A DNA stretch of 63,797 nt, the filler included, from Squatina squatina (lineage: Eukaryota): NCBI GenBank assembly GCA_031763465.1. It is 4 parts of 4 records of this genome, joined end to end, with 100 filler letters (N's around TTAATTAATTAA, not from the genome) between each part and the next. Parts side by side here need not be neighbours in the genome. Positions count along the whole stretch, not along the records: positions 13,889 to 36,089 come from JARFOE010000168.1; positions 36,190 to 51,057 come from JARFOE010000115.1; 2 more parts are not named here. One strand, 5' to 3'. Under the pieces are notes generated by a model, which saw only the letters and a list, made by a program, of their open reading frames with translations, had not been told where the DNA came from and did no database searches. Of the stretch, positions 25,185 to 36,736 are shown one piece after another (the stretch's first letter is position 1; each line of letters starts with the position of its first letter). Made by a program: the position numbers and the translations under genes.

Positions 25185-25900
25185 GGGCTAGAAATTCAGT
25201 GGCGGCCCGATTGGGGCGTTAAATTTTGAGCGATATTCAGCTTTAGTGCTCCAAGAGGGTAGTAGACCGCTAAACCAAGCGCAAACCCCTTCTCTTAGGG
25301 CACTAAAGTCCAAGGACGGGGTGGTAGCAGCAGAGCGCTGAAACAATTTTGGGCGCATCGGTAACAGCATTGGGAGGCTGCTTCCCTCGCTTACAGGGAT
25401 GGGCCAATGATGCTGCACAAGCTGGTTGTTGGCAGTTCCGTTCTGCAAGGCGACCTGCGCAACTGCCATTAAAGCCCCAAACACTCTCACAAAGTGGAGG
25501 GCTTGGACATCTCGCACCAGTGAAACATGAAACACTTTGCGCAGGCATTAGACTGCTGCAAATAATAAAGCTTGCGCTAGCTGAAAACCATTCCCTTTAA
25601 TTACAGCTCCCCAAGCGGCCAGCCGTGTTCACAACACCTCCTCTTGCTGGCATTGTTGGTGCGAGGCGATACAGCGGTGGGGGGAGAGGGGGTGGAGAGT
25701 CAATTTTACATCTGGGTTATAACGGGGCGCTGCGCACTTTATGACAGCACGATCTGCGAGGTGCTAGAGGCCCAGGCACTCCGAGTTAGCGCCAGTATTA
25801 AACCAGCAGTGAAGTTCGCGGGCGTCGCTGCATTCACCGCGCCTGGTCGCTAACTCCCCAGGCGCTAAGGGGAAGTGCTAACCTACCGAATTTCTAGTCC
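25185..25900. mobile_element. Complete GC-rich MITE (PIF/Harbinger-like)
   Basis: TIR GGGCTAGAAATTCAGT versus reverse complement GGACTAGAAATTCGGT (14/16), flanks TTA and TTT, no transposase ORF. Confidence 0.75.
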
Positions 25901-26585
25901 TTTGTGTATTTCTGTGTGCACGTGCTTAATTTTACATATAATAATATAGTGTATAAATGAAAGCAGTATTGTGCTGATTTTGTTAATTATGTTGAACTGC
26001 AACTTGTGCAGGTTAAAAGCAAAAGGGCTTCTTTCGTTTTTTTTTAAATAGTTGTTGCAGAAATATCGTTCTCAAAGGTGCAGTAAATAAAGCTAAATGG
26101 TGATTGTTTTCCTGCCCTGTTGCTCTTGCTTTATAACTTCCCCACGTTAAGGAGCGATTCCCCACAACCAAGAACATATTAGCATGAGTGCTGGGGAATT
26201 GGAAGCTGCCAGTCGCTGACAATTTACTGCGTGATAGCTGAATTAATTGCGTTTTCACAAGAAAAATATAGAAGCAGTGGAGGGTGATGGCTGTTGCGAT
26301 TTACCACACATCAATACAGAGGAAATCTATAAATTGCTTGACCCATTGACACCATCTTAGGCGAGCACTTTCCAGCTCCACTGTGTCTAGTTGAGCTTAC
26401 AGTGTGATCGAGACGGGTTCCTTTATTCTGTTATGTAGAGTGTAACAGTTTGGGGTTTCACCTCTCCACTTTTCTCTCCCATTACCCACTCCCTTCTCCT
26501 GCAGGTACAATATTATGACCACCGGCAACCATCTTGGATCTTGCCCATGTGACATAAAGTTACATACAATTTACAGCACAGAAAC

Positions 26586-26836
26586 TAGATTGAATAGACT
26601 GAGCCTATATTCCCTAAAGTTTAGAAGAATGAGAGGTGATCGAATTGAAACATATAAAATTCTTAGGGGGCTTGACAGGGTTAATGCTGAGAAAATATTT
26701 CTCCCAGCTGGGAAATCTAGAACACGCGATCACAGTCTCACGATAAGGGGTCGGCCATTTAGGACTGAGATGAGGAGAAATTTCTTCACTCAGAGGGTTG
26801 TGAATCTTTGGGATTCTCTACCTCAGAGGGCTGTGG
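26586..26836 (+). mobile_element. CR1 LINE ORF2 C-terminal fragment
   Basis: Translation RLNRLSLYSLKFRRMRGDRIETYKILRGLDRV...FFTQRVVNLWDSLPQRAV. Confidence 0.92.
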
Positions 26837-27668
26837 NNNNNNNNNNNNNNNNNNNNNNNNNNNNNNNNNNNNNNNNNNNNNNNNNNNNNNNNNNNNNNNN
26901 NNNNNNNNNNNNNNNNNNNNNNNNNNNNNNNNNNNNGCCCCATACCCTCCTCACCCTTATTCCTGAGCCCCGTATGGGGCCCAGTTGTCGGCAGCCCAAC
27001 CTCTGCCAGGGGTGAGCTCCGTTAACTCAGTACAGATCTAGCACCTTCTGGCTTGCATGGCTTTAGTGCTCTACCGGAAAAGGTCTGTCCCACTGGGCTA
27101 TCGGTGGAGCTGAGAACATAGTGTTTATGGCCAGTACGGGTTTCACCCACTTAGATCAAGTGGCGCCAATATGATTAAAATGCAGCGAACTTTCCTGCTG
27201 ATTTACTGGTGTTCGTACTTCTGTAATGAGACACAGTAGACCACTGACAGGCAAGCATTTCCTCACCCATTAAATCTAAGACTGGCGAGACCCATTGAAC
27301 CCATTTAGAAAGTAATACTATAATTCAGATTAGTAATATATAGTCTGTTAATGAGATTCTGTTCCTGTTAGCAGGCATTCAGAAGCTGGGTTCAAACAAT
27401 ATTAATCCAATCTGTAGCCGCATGCCCTTTCATATACTCCAGTCTTAAAATAAGGTTGAAGATAGTCAAGAAAGACCAGCACAGGCCTGTAGGAATGGGC
27501 AACTGATTTCCCCTATAAATTACCTGAACCATATTTGGTGGGAGTTACATGGAGCAGTCTTAGAAACTTGAATCTTGGTTTTCTAAACACATATATTTAT
27601 ATTTTAACAAGATTTGCTTTTGACAATCTTGAAACCATTTCAGACAGAATTTTATACTTTAAAAAAAA

Positions 27669-27890
27669 GTGACCAAAAGCTTGGACAAAGAGGTAGGTTC
27701 TAAGGAGCATCTTAAAGGAGGAGAGAGAGGAGAGGTTTAGGGAGGGAATTTCAGAGCTTATGGCGGAAGGAACGGCCTCCATCAATGGGGCAAAGGAAGT
27801 TGAGAAAGTGTATGAGGCCAGGATTGGAGGAGCGCAGATATTTTGGAACGTTATAGGGCTGGAGGAGGCGACAGAGGTAGGGTGGGACGA
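27669..27890 (-). mobile_element. L2-clade LINE C-terminal fragment
   Basis: Minus-strand translation includes SLSSFKMLLRTYLFVQAFGH. Confidence 0.75.
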
Positions 27891-28756
27891 TGCAGAGTAT
27901 GGAGCCACAGTGGCTGAAGGTTCTGCCTTCAACGGTGGTTTTGCTCTACCATAAACTTGACTGAGAGAGAGAATAGCACAGCCAGGCGTTACAGCTCCAT
28001 TGTAATATTCCGTGGAGTGGCCTTCATAGCCACAGATCTCCACGGGATGAGTTCCCAATCTCAGCTCAGTCATCGTGGAAGGCATCAGGCAGAAGCCTAT
28101 AGGGAGAGGGGGAAGTCTAAAAATGAGCCATTCTGACCTGCTCATTTACATCTTGTGGCAGCTGCTAGAGACCTTGCTGCTCCTTTTTTAATTCATTCCT
28201 GGGATGTGGGCGTCGCTGACAAGGCGAGCATTTGTTGCCNNNNNNNNNNNNNNNNNNNNNNNNNNNNNNNNNNNNNNNNNNNNNNNNNNNNNNNNNNNNN
28301 NNNNNNNNNNNNNNNNNNNNNNNNNNNNNNNNNNNNNNNCGCTCTACCAAAGAGACAGCAAGGACACGATGAGCTGAATGGCCTCTTTCTGTGCTATTTC
28401 ATTCTATGATTCTTTGCCTGTTATTTTTTGTTAGCTTAGGGATTTCAAATATCACCATTGATGTAATACAACTCTCCGCGCTAACTAATATCATCAGGGA
28501 ATTGAACCAACGTTAGATCACTGGATCTCGTCCAGGAAAAAGTGATCTTGGTCCAGTGAAAACAGTCCTCACACTAGCAGTCTGTTAGCAAATCTGGCGT
28601 TTCATGACTGCTGTTCGAGAACTTTCTAAAAACGCAATTAAATTAATGGGATGCTTTAGCAGTATGTGATGGTCGGTATTTTGTGAATAAATAAATTTTG
28701 TGGGAAAAGAAATGGGATTTATATTTTGAAGGATTTGCTGGGTCCCCATTCATCTG

Positions 28757-28930
28757 CTGAGGCTGGGTCAATTGAAAATGTCAAAACTGAGATTGCTAAG
28801 CAAGAGTATTAAGGATTACAGAACCAAGGTCGGTGGATGAAATTAAGATACAGATCAGCCATGATCTCATTGAGTGGCGGAACAGACTCGAGGGGCTCAA
28901 TGGCCTCCTCCTGTTACTACGTTCCTATCT
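28757..28930 (+). mobile_element. CR1 LINE 3' end
   Basis: cagatcagccatgatctcattgagtggcggaacagactcgaggggctcaatggcctcctcctgtt, a CR1 3'UTR pattern. Confidence 0.8.
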
Positions 28931-29091
28931 TCCCCTGGTCTCCTCAAGCCAAGCACCATCACCAGCTAGATGCTTAGGCAGAGAAAAGGCACTAAGAATA
29001 GTCCCAGTGTGAAGTATCTCCCATCCCTCTGCCTGTGGAGATACCTTACCTCTACTTGCTACCATCCCATAACAGGGCTGACATCAGCAAT

Positions 29092-29293
29092 TAAGAACAT
29101 AAGAAATAGGAGCAGGAGAAGGTCATTCAGCCCCTCGAGCCTGGTCCACCATTCAATATGATCATGGCTGATCTTCAACCTCAACACCATTTTCCTGCAC
29201 TATCCCCATATCCCTTGACACCTTTAACGTCTAGAAATCTGTCGATCTCTGTTTTCAATGTACTCAATGACTGAGCCTCCACAGCCCTCTGGG
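29092..29293 (-). mobile_element. CR1 LINE 3' end
   Basis: taagaacataagaaataggagcaggag...tcagcccctcgagcc...atcatggctgatc, the reverse complement of a CR1 3'UTR with its 8-bp terminal repeat. Confidence 0.85.
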
Positions 29294-31659
29294 NNNNNNN
29301 NNNNNNNNNNNNNNNNNNNNNNNNNNNNNNNNNNNNNNNNNNNNNNNNNNNNNNNNNNNNNNNNNNNNNNNNNNNNNNNNNNNNNNNNNNNNNCTACCAC
29401 TGAGCTACAGCTGACCCACACATTAGAGGCTGTGCCAAGCACCCTGCAAAGTCTAGTAGTGGCTGTAGGGGGTCCACTATCCATACCTGTACTGTCACAT
29501 AACTGCTAAATAAGCTGCAGTCCCCCATGGAATGCATGGTAACTCGAGGGACATCTACTGTGACACATCTAAGTGACCGGCATCTTAAGCTGATTTGGAA
29601 ATATGACTGCTGCTTTCGGGACCTTGGTCTTCAATCCATACCAAGCCTGGTTTGAGCATGCTGGATAGATAGATCCTTAAAACAGATTAGTGGATGTGGT
29701 TAGTTTTTTTTTTAGTTGCTGCTTCCTTTTGGTGACTGTTTGGAAAAGTAAGCTAGATGGACTAATCTTGTCCTGCCCAAAACATTACTAGATTACATCA
29801 CCATTCATTTGTTCATGAGCTGCTCAACCTGTATGTATTTGCCAATTCCAGAAAATCTTCACATTGTTAGGAGCTTCACCTGCATTTTGACGCAGCTATT
29901 TGCTTCGTAATGAAACTCAGCCCAGGCCATCGCATCTTGTGAATGCATTTTTGTTACTCAAGACAGTGGACTTTTCTGCTCTCCTTTGAATGGGATGTTT
30001 TCCAAACTTGAAAGCATTTCCTTACTCAGACAAACATATTGTTTAGCACTTTGGCTTAGCAATCTCTAATTTAATAAGAATCTTTTTTTTCTGGATGGAT
30101 GCTGGGCACTTGGCTCGGTTGGCACTTCCTGTCATAGAACACAGGCAATTTTTTATTTTATTTTGAATACCATTATTAAGGTCAGAGCACTTAAGCTCTC
30201 CAAATGAAGCATTCCAAAAATGTTTTGGCACAGTCGACGCAATGATTTAATCCCAATATGGTGTAACTTGGCTATTCCACATAAAGCGATAGGTAAGAGA
30301 ACGTTAGTTGTAATGCGGAGTTTAAAGAAAAACTAAAAAGGCAAGGTAGCTGTCCTTCCTATGTTATTTATTGCACAGAGAGGAAAATGGCAGTGGGACC
30401 ATCCCAACCTTGGAAAGTGTTGCTCTTGTTCACTGACTAATGGATTGACTAAGGAAACCATGAAAGAGACCAGGAGCTAGTTGCTCCAGCTCCTAAAATT
30501 CACCTAAAGAGTAGATGTAAGACACAAAGCATGGCTATAAAGAGTAATTGATGAATCANNNNNNNNNNNNNNNNNNNNNNNNNNNNNNNNNNNNNNNNNN
30601 NNNNNNNNNNNNNNNNNNNNNNNNNNNNNNNNNNNNNNNNNNNNNNNNNNNNNNNNNNCTCCTTCAGAATCTTATACTTTTCAGTGAGTTCAAAAAAGTA
30701 TTGCCCACACAAAAAAAATTGGCTTCAGCCGACTGTATTATCTCTTTGCAGTTTCCTGAATGGAAAATCACTTTCTAAATTCTGGTTCTCTTTCCACTTG
30801 TCAGTAAACAAACCAGGCGGAGGACCTATGTGAAAAGTTGGAACACAGAGTGGGGAGTCAATTGAAGGAAATTACTGCAAACACAGCGGAAAAAGATTCC
30901 AGAATCGAGCACCCAAACTCGCTGCAGGGATCATGCCACTGATCCTGGGAAACAAGTTGCAGCAGAGCGCAGGTTAATAAAACCAGGATTGTTACCCCCC
31001 AAGATGGCGAGCTTGCGTTCAAAATAACCTGCAGCGGTTATGACCTAAGCTCTAACACCGCCTTCAGAGCCGAATGAAAGAAAGAAAGAAAATGCTAAGA
31101 AAAACATGTTGAAGCCTGGGAGTTCTTCACAAGAGTCGGAAAGTTGGTGGCAGGCTGTGGAATAATAAAATTCTTCCAAATCGTAAATCATCTCGTTCTC
31201 TGTTTTAATTAATGTTAACAGCCCACGGATTTAAAACAAGATATAAAATAATGGAGATACGCAGTTGCTGGTGGCAGTATTTACATGTTCTGGAGCGACA
31301 TTCCTTCACAACTTGCTGTCCTTTCTGGAAAGAAAAATGCAGTTGAAACCCACATAGTAATGGTGTTCGTGACTGATGTCACGATTAAACATAATCCCCT
31401 CACCTACACAATAGTATATGTGTAGCGATACGGTTTCCTAGTTAAAAAACAGGCCTTTCCAATTTCCAAGGAAACAGTATATACAGCCCACTGAACCTTG
31501 CTGCAAACATCATCTCCTAAAGGCTCACGTGTTAGGGATAGAGGGAGGGTATAGAATCATGCCACTAAATAAATAAAGCAATTTTAACATGCAGCATGAA
31601 AAGCACTTATTTCTGAAGTATTATAATGGAGCCAGCACAGCAACAATCCAGAATAATCT

Positions 31660-31775
31660 GAAATAACAGAAAATGCTGGAAAACACTCAGGTCAGACAAC
31701 ATCTCTGGAGAGAGAAACAGTCATCATTGATGCCTGATCGACTGCATGTTTTCCAGCATTTTCTGTTTTTATTTT
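31660..31775. repeat. Inverted pair of Penelope-like terminal fragments (perfect 21-bp inverted repeat)
   Basis: 31665-31685 AACAGAAAATGCTGGAAAACA and 31747-31767 TGTTTTCCAGCATTTTCTGTT. Confidence 0.75.
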
Positions 31776-34105
31776 TTAATTATGTAGGCAAAAGGATACA
31801 AAGTCAAATTAGAAGTGATGCAATTCAAAGGCTTCACACTAGATGTCTGAATTTCCCCACTTCAGCCACAAATTTGGTATATAAATTCTAGCACAAGAAC
31901 ATGAATAGAACAAGCTGTTGCCTTAGTGACTCTAGTTTCATCATGTAGTGTATGATGTAGAATAACTACACTTTTTGCAGCATGCACAAACTCCTGCCCC
32001 TCTCCCTGTCTGTCCCAGTGTCTATCTGGTTTTCTGTTTCCCTCCACTTGCCCCCGCACCCAGGTGTCTGAGGGGGGGGGGGGCAGATAGCGAGAGGGAG
32101 GCAGGACATATTGGGAGTACAAGCAAAAAAGGGAGCCGTATGATAACTGATGCCATTTCATTTTTTGATTACTATCCCAGTTTATTTGCCAGAGCACAAT
32201 AGCCTCATGTAAACTCTAGATGCAGACTTATTTAATTGACTAAATAATTGCTGTTAAATTGGTTCTATGATGTGTTAGCTCCGGCATGGATTTTGTACAG
32301 CCAGTGACAATCCGGAAAGTAAACTTGCAGATTCAATAAGGACGCATGCCAGGAAAATCTCGTTAAAAAACAGGCCTTTCTCATTGCCAACTTGAATGAA
32401 TCTGACCAGGTTACTTTAGACTACTGCCAGCTTTGCAAGGCACAAGTTGCTGACACTAATATGGCGCAAAACTAAATTTAAAACAGCCAACGAAATCTAA
32501 CAAGAACGGTTTCTTTCATAAAAGCACTACATTGAACAATAAAGGCAATCCACATATAATACAAGAAAAGCTCTGTAGCCTTAAATGCACTGAATTCAAA
32601 TGTATATACTTTCTGCAAAGCATCTTCGGACATGTTTTACAATAAAGGAACTATGTAAATGAAAATTGATGTTTTCCCGTTGGAGTTAGGATGGGAGAGC
32701 AGGAGTATCTCCACGGAATCTTTAAATACCTCATGAAAGGGAGATCTGTACGTTTAACAGTTGAAAGAACGGCACAAGGGATCCTTAATTAAAAGTCTAC
32801 AGATGCCTATTTNNNNNNNNNNNNNNNNNNNNNNNNNNNNNNNNNNNNNNNNNNNNNNNNNNNNNNNNNNNNNNNNNNNNNNNNNNNNNNNNNNNNNNNN
32901 NNNNNNNNNNNNAATGACTTGTCAGTTATATGCCCTGCCATTTTCTGTCCAATTAATTCTTTCATTGTGCACGGCACAAAATAAAAGACAAAGGCCTTTT
33001 TGCACACAATAACCAATCATTAAAATTCAGCAGGTTCTCCTTAGTTTGTCCTTGGCTTCTTGCCACAAGAGCACTGTCTGCTTTCCTTCTGTATACTAAC
33101 AATGTTTAAAATTCAGCTTACCCCGAGACATCAGTAACCATTTCCTGGCGTATACCTTTATTTTTCCCCTTCTTCTAAAGCCTCTAGGGCATCTGTCGTA
33201 CAAGAAAAATAGTGTACAAGTTGGGAAACAAAAGGGGAAAAAACTGCAGACGTTGCAAGCATGAAAAATATGAGTGTGCATTTTACTTTATCCTTGTCAC
33301 ATTATTAATGTGCAAAAGTAGTGGATTAGTGCATCATATTATTATCTTCATTTCCAGCTCTCCCATTTTATCACTTTGATACATATTCCTCTTGTTACAT
33401 GGCTTAGAATCATCTGTGCACTGCCAATTTCGTACGGCAATGTAAGAAGAATTGCTCGCCAACACACTATTGGAGCCACTGTAGATCAGCGAGCACGGGG
33501 GTGACGGGTGAACGGGACTTGGTGCGAGTTAGGGTACGGGCAGCAGAGCTTTGGATGAGCTCCATTTTACGGAGGGAGCCTAGCTTAAACTTCTTAAACT
33601 TCACTCCTGAATGTTAATGCAGGGCCAAAGGGAGAGCCGTCTCGCTCCTAACACTAGAATTAAACTGGTGACTGGAGCACTGTGCGGTGAGTTTGTGTTG
33701 ATGCTCGGCAAAGAACAACATGGAGGCAGCAGCAGAGCTCAGGTCTGGCGGCCCTCGTGCTGCACTCAGCGGATATTGGGAACTATAGAATAACTGGCTG
33801 CTTAATATTATGGGCTGATGACCAGATGGTGCGCTGCTCCTTTCAGGAGAAGCGGCTGCTCCTCCGGTGATGCTGATGAATGAGAGGAACTGAAAGAGCA
33901 CTATTGGGTTTTAAGGTACATTGTGACAGGAAAGGAAGGGATCTGAGTTTGCAACTGTGACAAAATGCCTTGCAATATTTTGTAGATCATTGAAAAATCT
34001 TTATANNNNNNNNNNNNNNNNNNNNNNNNNNNNNNNNNNNNNNNNNNNNNNNNNNNNNNNNNNNNNNNNNNNNNNNNNNNNNNNNNNNNNNNNNNNNNNN
34101 NNNNN

Positions 34106-34364
34106 TTGGGTCCGTGGCTGTGGTCGGAGGAGAGCGGGACTGCGTGGCCATTCAGTGGCAGGTACTGATCAAACTCGTGGACGTCAAAGGTCTCCATGTT
34201 GTTGATGACCTCGCTGCTCAGCTCGCTGATGTCCACGTTGCTGAAGTCGATGTTCTGGCGGCCGTTCTCCGCCATGGGGCGGCCCTCCCTTTTCAGCTCG
34301 TGCTTCCCTGCGTGGAGATCGGTTTTGGGGGTGGTGGGTGGTGTTGGGGGCCCTTGTGCATGGC
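34106..34364 (-). CDS. SOX8: SoxE transcription factor Sox8, 5' part of last coding exon (K2/TAM domain), truncated by gap
   Basis: Acceptor ttttgtttttaatcag, phase 1, encoding [92 protein letters not shown] and [12 protein letters not shown] distinguish Sox8 from Sox9 (IDFRDVDIGELSSDV) and Sox10 (IDFGNVDIGEISHEV). Confidence 0.93.
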
Positions 34365-34479
34365 CTGATTAAAAACAAAATAAAAATGGACAGGCCTTTA
34401 GTTAAGAGGTCAAAAACAGACCAAACAAATACACTGTGGCAAACACGAGTGGCCAAGAACTCAGCACGAACTAATATAT

Positions 34480-34911
34480 GGCACAAAAAGAGGTCATTTG
34501 GCCCATCATGCCTGTGCCAGCTCTTTACCAGAGCTATCCAGTAAGTCCCACTCTCCTGCTCTTTCGCCATTACCTTGCAACTTTTTCCCCTTCAAGTATA
34601 GTAAAATTTCATTTGAAAGTTACTACTGAATCTGCTTCCACCGCCCTTTTAGGCAGCGTGTTCCAGATCAGAACATGCTGCATAAAAAAATTCTCCTCAT
34701 CTCACCTCAGGTTCTTTTGCCAATTACCTTAAATCTGTGTGCTCTGGTTACTGACCCTCCTGCCAGTTTAAACAGGGTCTCCCTATTTACTCTCTCAAAA
34801 GCTCATCTTATTTTGAACACCTCTATTGAATCTCCCCTTAACCTCCTCTGCTCTAAGGAGAGCGATCCTCGCTTCTCCAGACTCTTCACATAACTGAAGT
34901 CCCTCATCCCT
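34480..34911 (-). mobile_element. CR1 LINE 3' end inside the Sox8 intron
   Basis: Reverse complement encodes a degenerate SLEQRRLRGDSIEVFKIR and carries a CR1-type 3'UTR (agagctggcacaggcatgatgggccaaatgacctc). Confidence 0.8.
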
Positions 34912-35777
34912 AGTACGACTTGAAAACCATTAGTAATTCTGTGAGGTGTTTATTTAAAACACATATTAATTTTTTTAAAATAATTTTAATTATCAATTTT
35001 TGATTAAATAAAACAAAATGTTTCATTTGATTGAATAAAACAATGTAATTGTTTTAATTATCAATCTTCATTTGATTTATGCATATATTAACATAAATTA
35101 GATGGTCTAAAGGATTTTTTTCCGTCTCCTGTAGAGTTGACAGTTCTGCCCTGAGGGACTGGTCCATTGTGAATTGAAAGCCTTTACATGTTACCGCATT
35201 GGAAAAGGGAGGAAAATGAATGTCTTGCCGCCTGGCAGAGGGGAAGAGAAGCTCAGCTCGCAAATGAAACTGCAACCAGAACAGTGGGGCAATGAAAAAT
35301 CTCACTCCTTAAGAGCGTGGCCACTCTTAAATAATAATAATATGTTGCTTTTTTTTTAACAGAAAACCACATGAAGATTTCTACAAAAATATTCTTGCTC
35401 AATAATATTTTGCAACCTTCTTTAGAAAGAGCTAGTGCCCAGAAACACTTTTTAGTGTTGTAAAGCCTTGAACCCCACAGTGGCACTGAGCCAAACTTCC
35501 CAACATGACACATTACATCAACATGCGATTAAGGGCAATGAGAGATTATCAGAAGTCCTGATTTACTCATGAATCATTGCAATTTGCATAAGTTTTTTTC
35601 AGCTGCGTGCAGTTCTATTGTAAACTTAAGCATGTAGAAAACTTTCGTTACTTTTTCCCACGTGAAGCACAGGCATTTAAAAACATTCCTGAAAATCTTG
35701 GGGCTCGTGAATAAATCGAGCNNNNNNNNNNGCTGCTGGGTCGAGCATGCCTGCACCAGGTGTGGAAGAGAAAAAAG

Positions 35778-36065
35778 CCACCGAGAAGGACAAGGGCAGC
35801 AGACTCATGGGAACACCACCACCTGCAAGTTCCCCTCCAAGTCACACACCATCCTGACTTGGAATTATATTGCCGTCCCTTCATCATCGCTGTGTCAAAA
35901 TCCTAGAACTCCCTCCCTAACAGCACTATGGGAGCACCTTCACCACAAGGACTGCAGCGGTTCAAGAAGGCGGCCACATTCTCCACATTCTCAAGGGCAA
36001 CTAGGGATGGGCGATAAATGCTGGCCTTGCCAGCGACGCCCATCTCCCACAATAAGTAAAAAAAT
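35778..36065 (+). mobile_element. Non-LTR retrotransposon 3' end (CR1/Crack-like)
   Basis: Encodes a degenerate RT C-terminus (RRTRAADSWEHHHLQVP...SLPNST...LQRFKKAA) followed by a 3'UTR and A-rich tail. Multicopy in the window. Confidence 0.75.
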
Positions 36066-36089
36066 TCCTTTAAACTTTGAATAAAATCA

Positions 36090-36189
36090 NNNNNNNNNNN
36101 NNNNNNNNNNNNNNNNNNNNNNNNNNNNNNNNNTTAATTAATTAANNNNNNNNNNNNNNNNNNNNNNNNNNNNNNNNNNNNNNNNNNNN
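36090..36189. other. Artificial scaffold spacer 44N-TTAATTAATTAA-44N
   Basis: 12-mer at 36134-36145 centred in an N-run. Confidence 0.97.
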
Positions 36190-36566
36190 TACCTGCTGGC
36201 TTTATAGGTCCTAAATTAAATGAATCCAGTTCCTTGTGAGTTTGAGCTCATAATACATAAACTGCATTGACTGGGTACTAAATTTGGAATTCTGAAGCTT
36301 AATAGAGGGAGTCTTACTCTGCAATGAACCATGCCAATGACACATGTAATCAGACCTGACTTTAGAGTGCTCAATGCTGAAACTGAGTATTCAAAATGGA
36401 AAATCTTCCATTGCCCAACACTAACATCCCTCAGCCGAACACCACAAAATCCACAAAAAATTGGAATAAAAAGTGAAATACTGTTACAGTTTATTAACAT
36501 TTTCTATAACTCTATTAGTAAACTTTCATATTAAACAAAGCAAAAACCTATGAAGAAGACTCTTAC

Positions 36567-36736
36567 TCGTGAAATTATTGGCGGTGCAAATTGATTAGTG
36601 GTCCAGTCTTCATCAATGTTGATACTATATCCAATCACTTCTCCTCTTATTAAGTTGTTGCTAGGTTGTACCCACGTGACATTTAGAGCAGATGATGAAA
36701 GTGGGAAAACTGATGGTGCAGCCATAAACAAGGGTG
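36567..36736 (-). CDS. USH2A: Usherin exon (human exon 19 equivalent, FN3)
   Basis: ttttag|CA...CGA|gtaaga, 170 nt. APLFMAAPSVFPLSSSALNVTWVQPSNNLIRGEVIGYSIN versus human APVFMIPPSVFPLSSYSLNISWEKPADNVTRGKVVGYDIN. Confidence 0.93.

Noticed and set aside
34106-36736. Sox8 and USH2A on the same strand within 2.2 kb, suggesting new synteny or a fusion
   Set aside because: A synthetic TTAATTAATTAA spacer at 36090-36189 lies between them.
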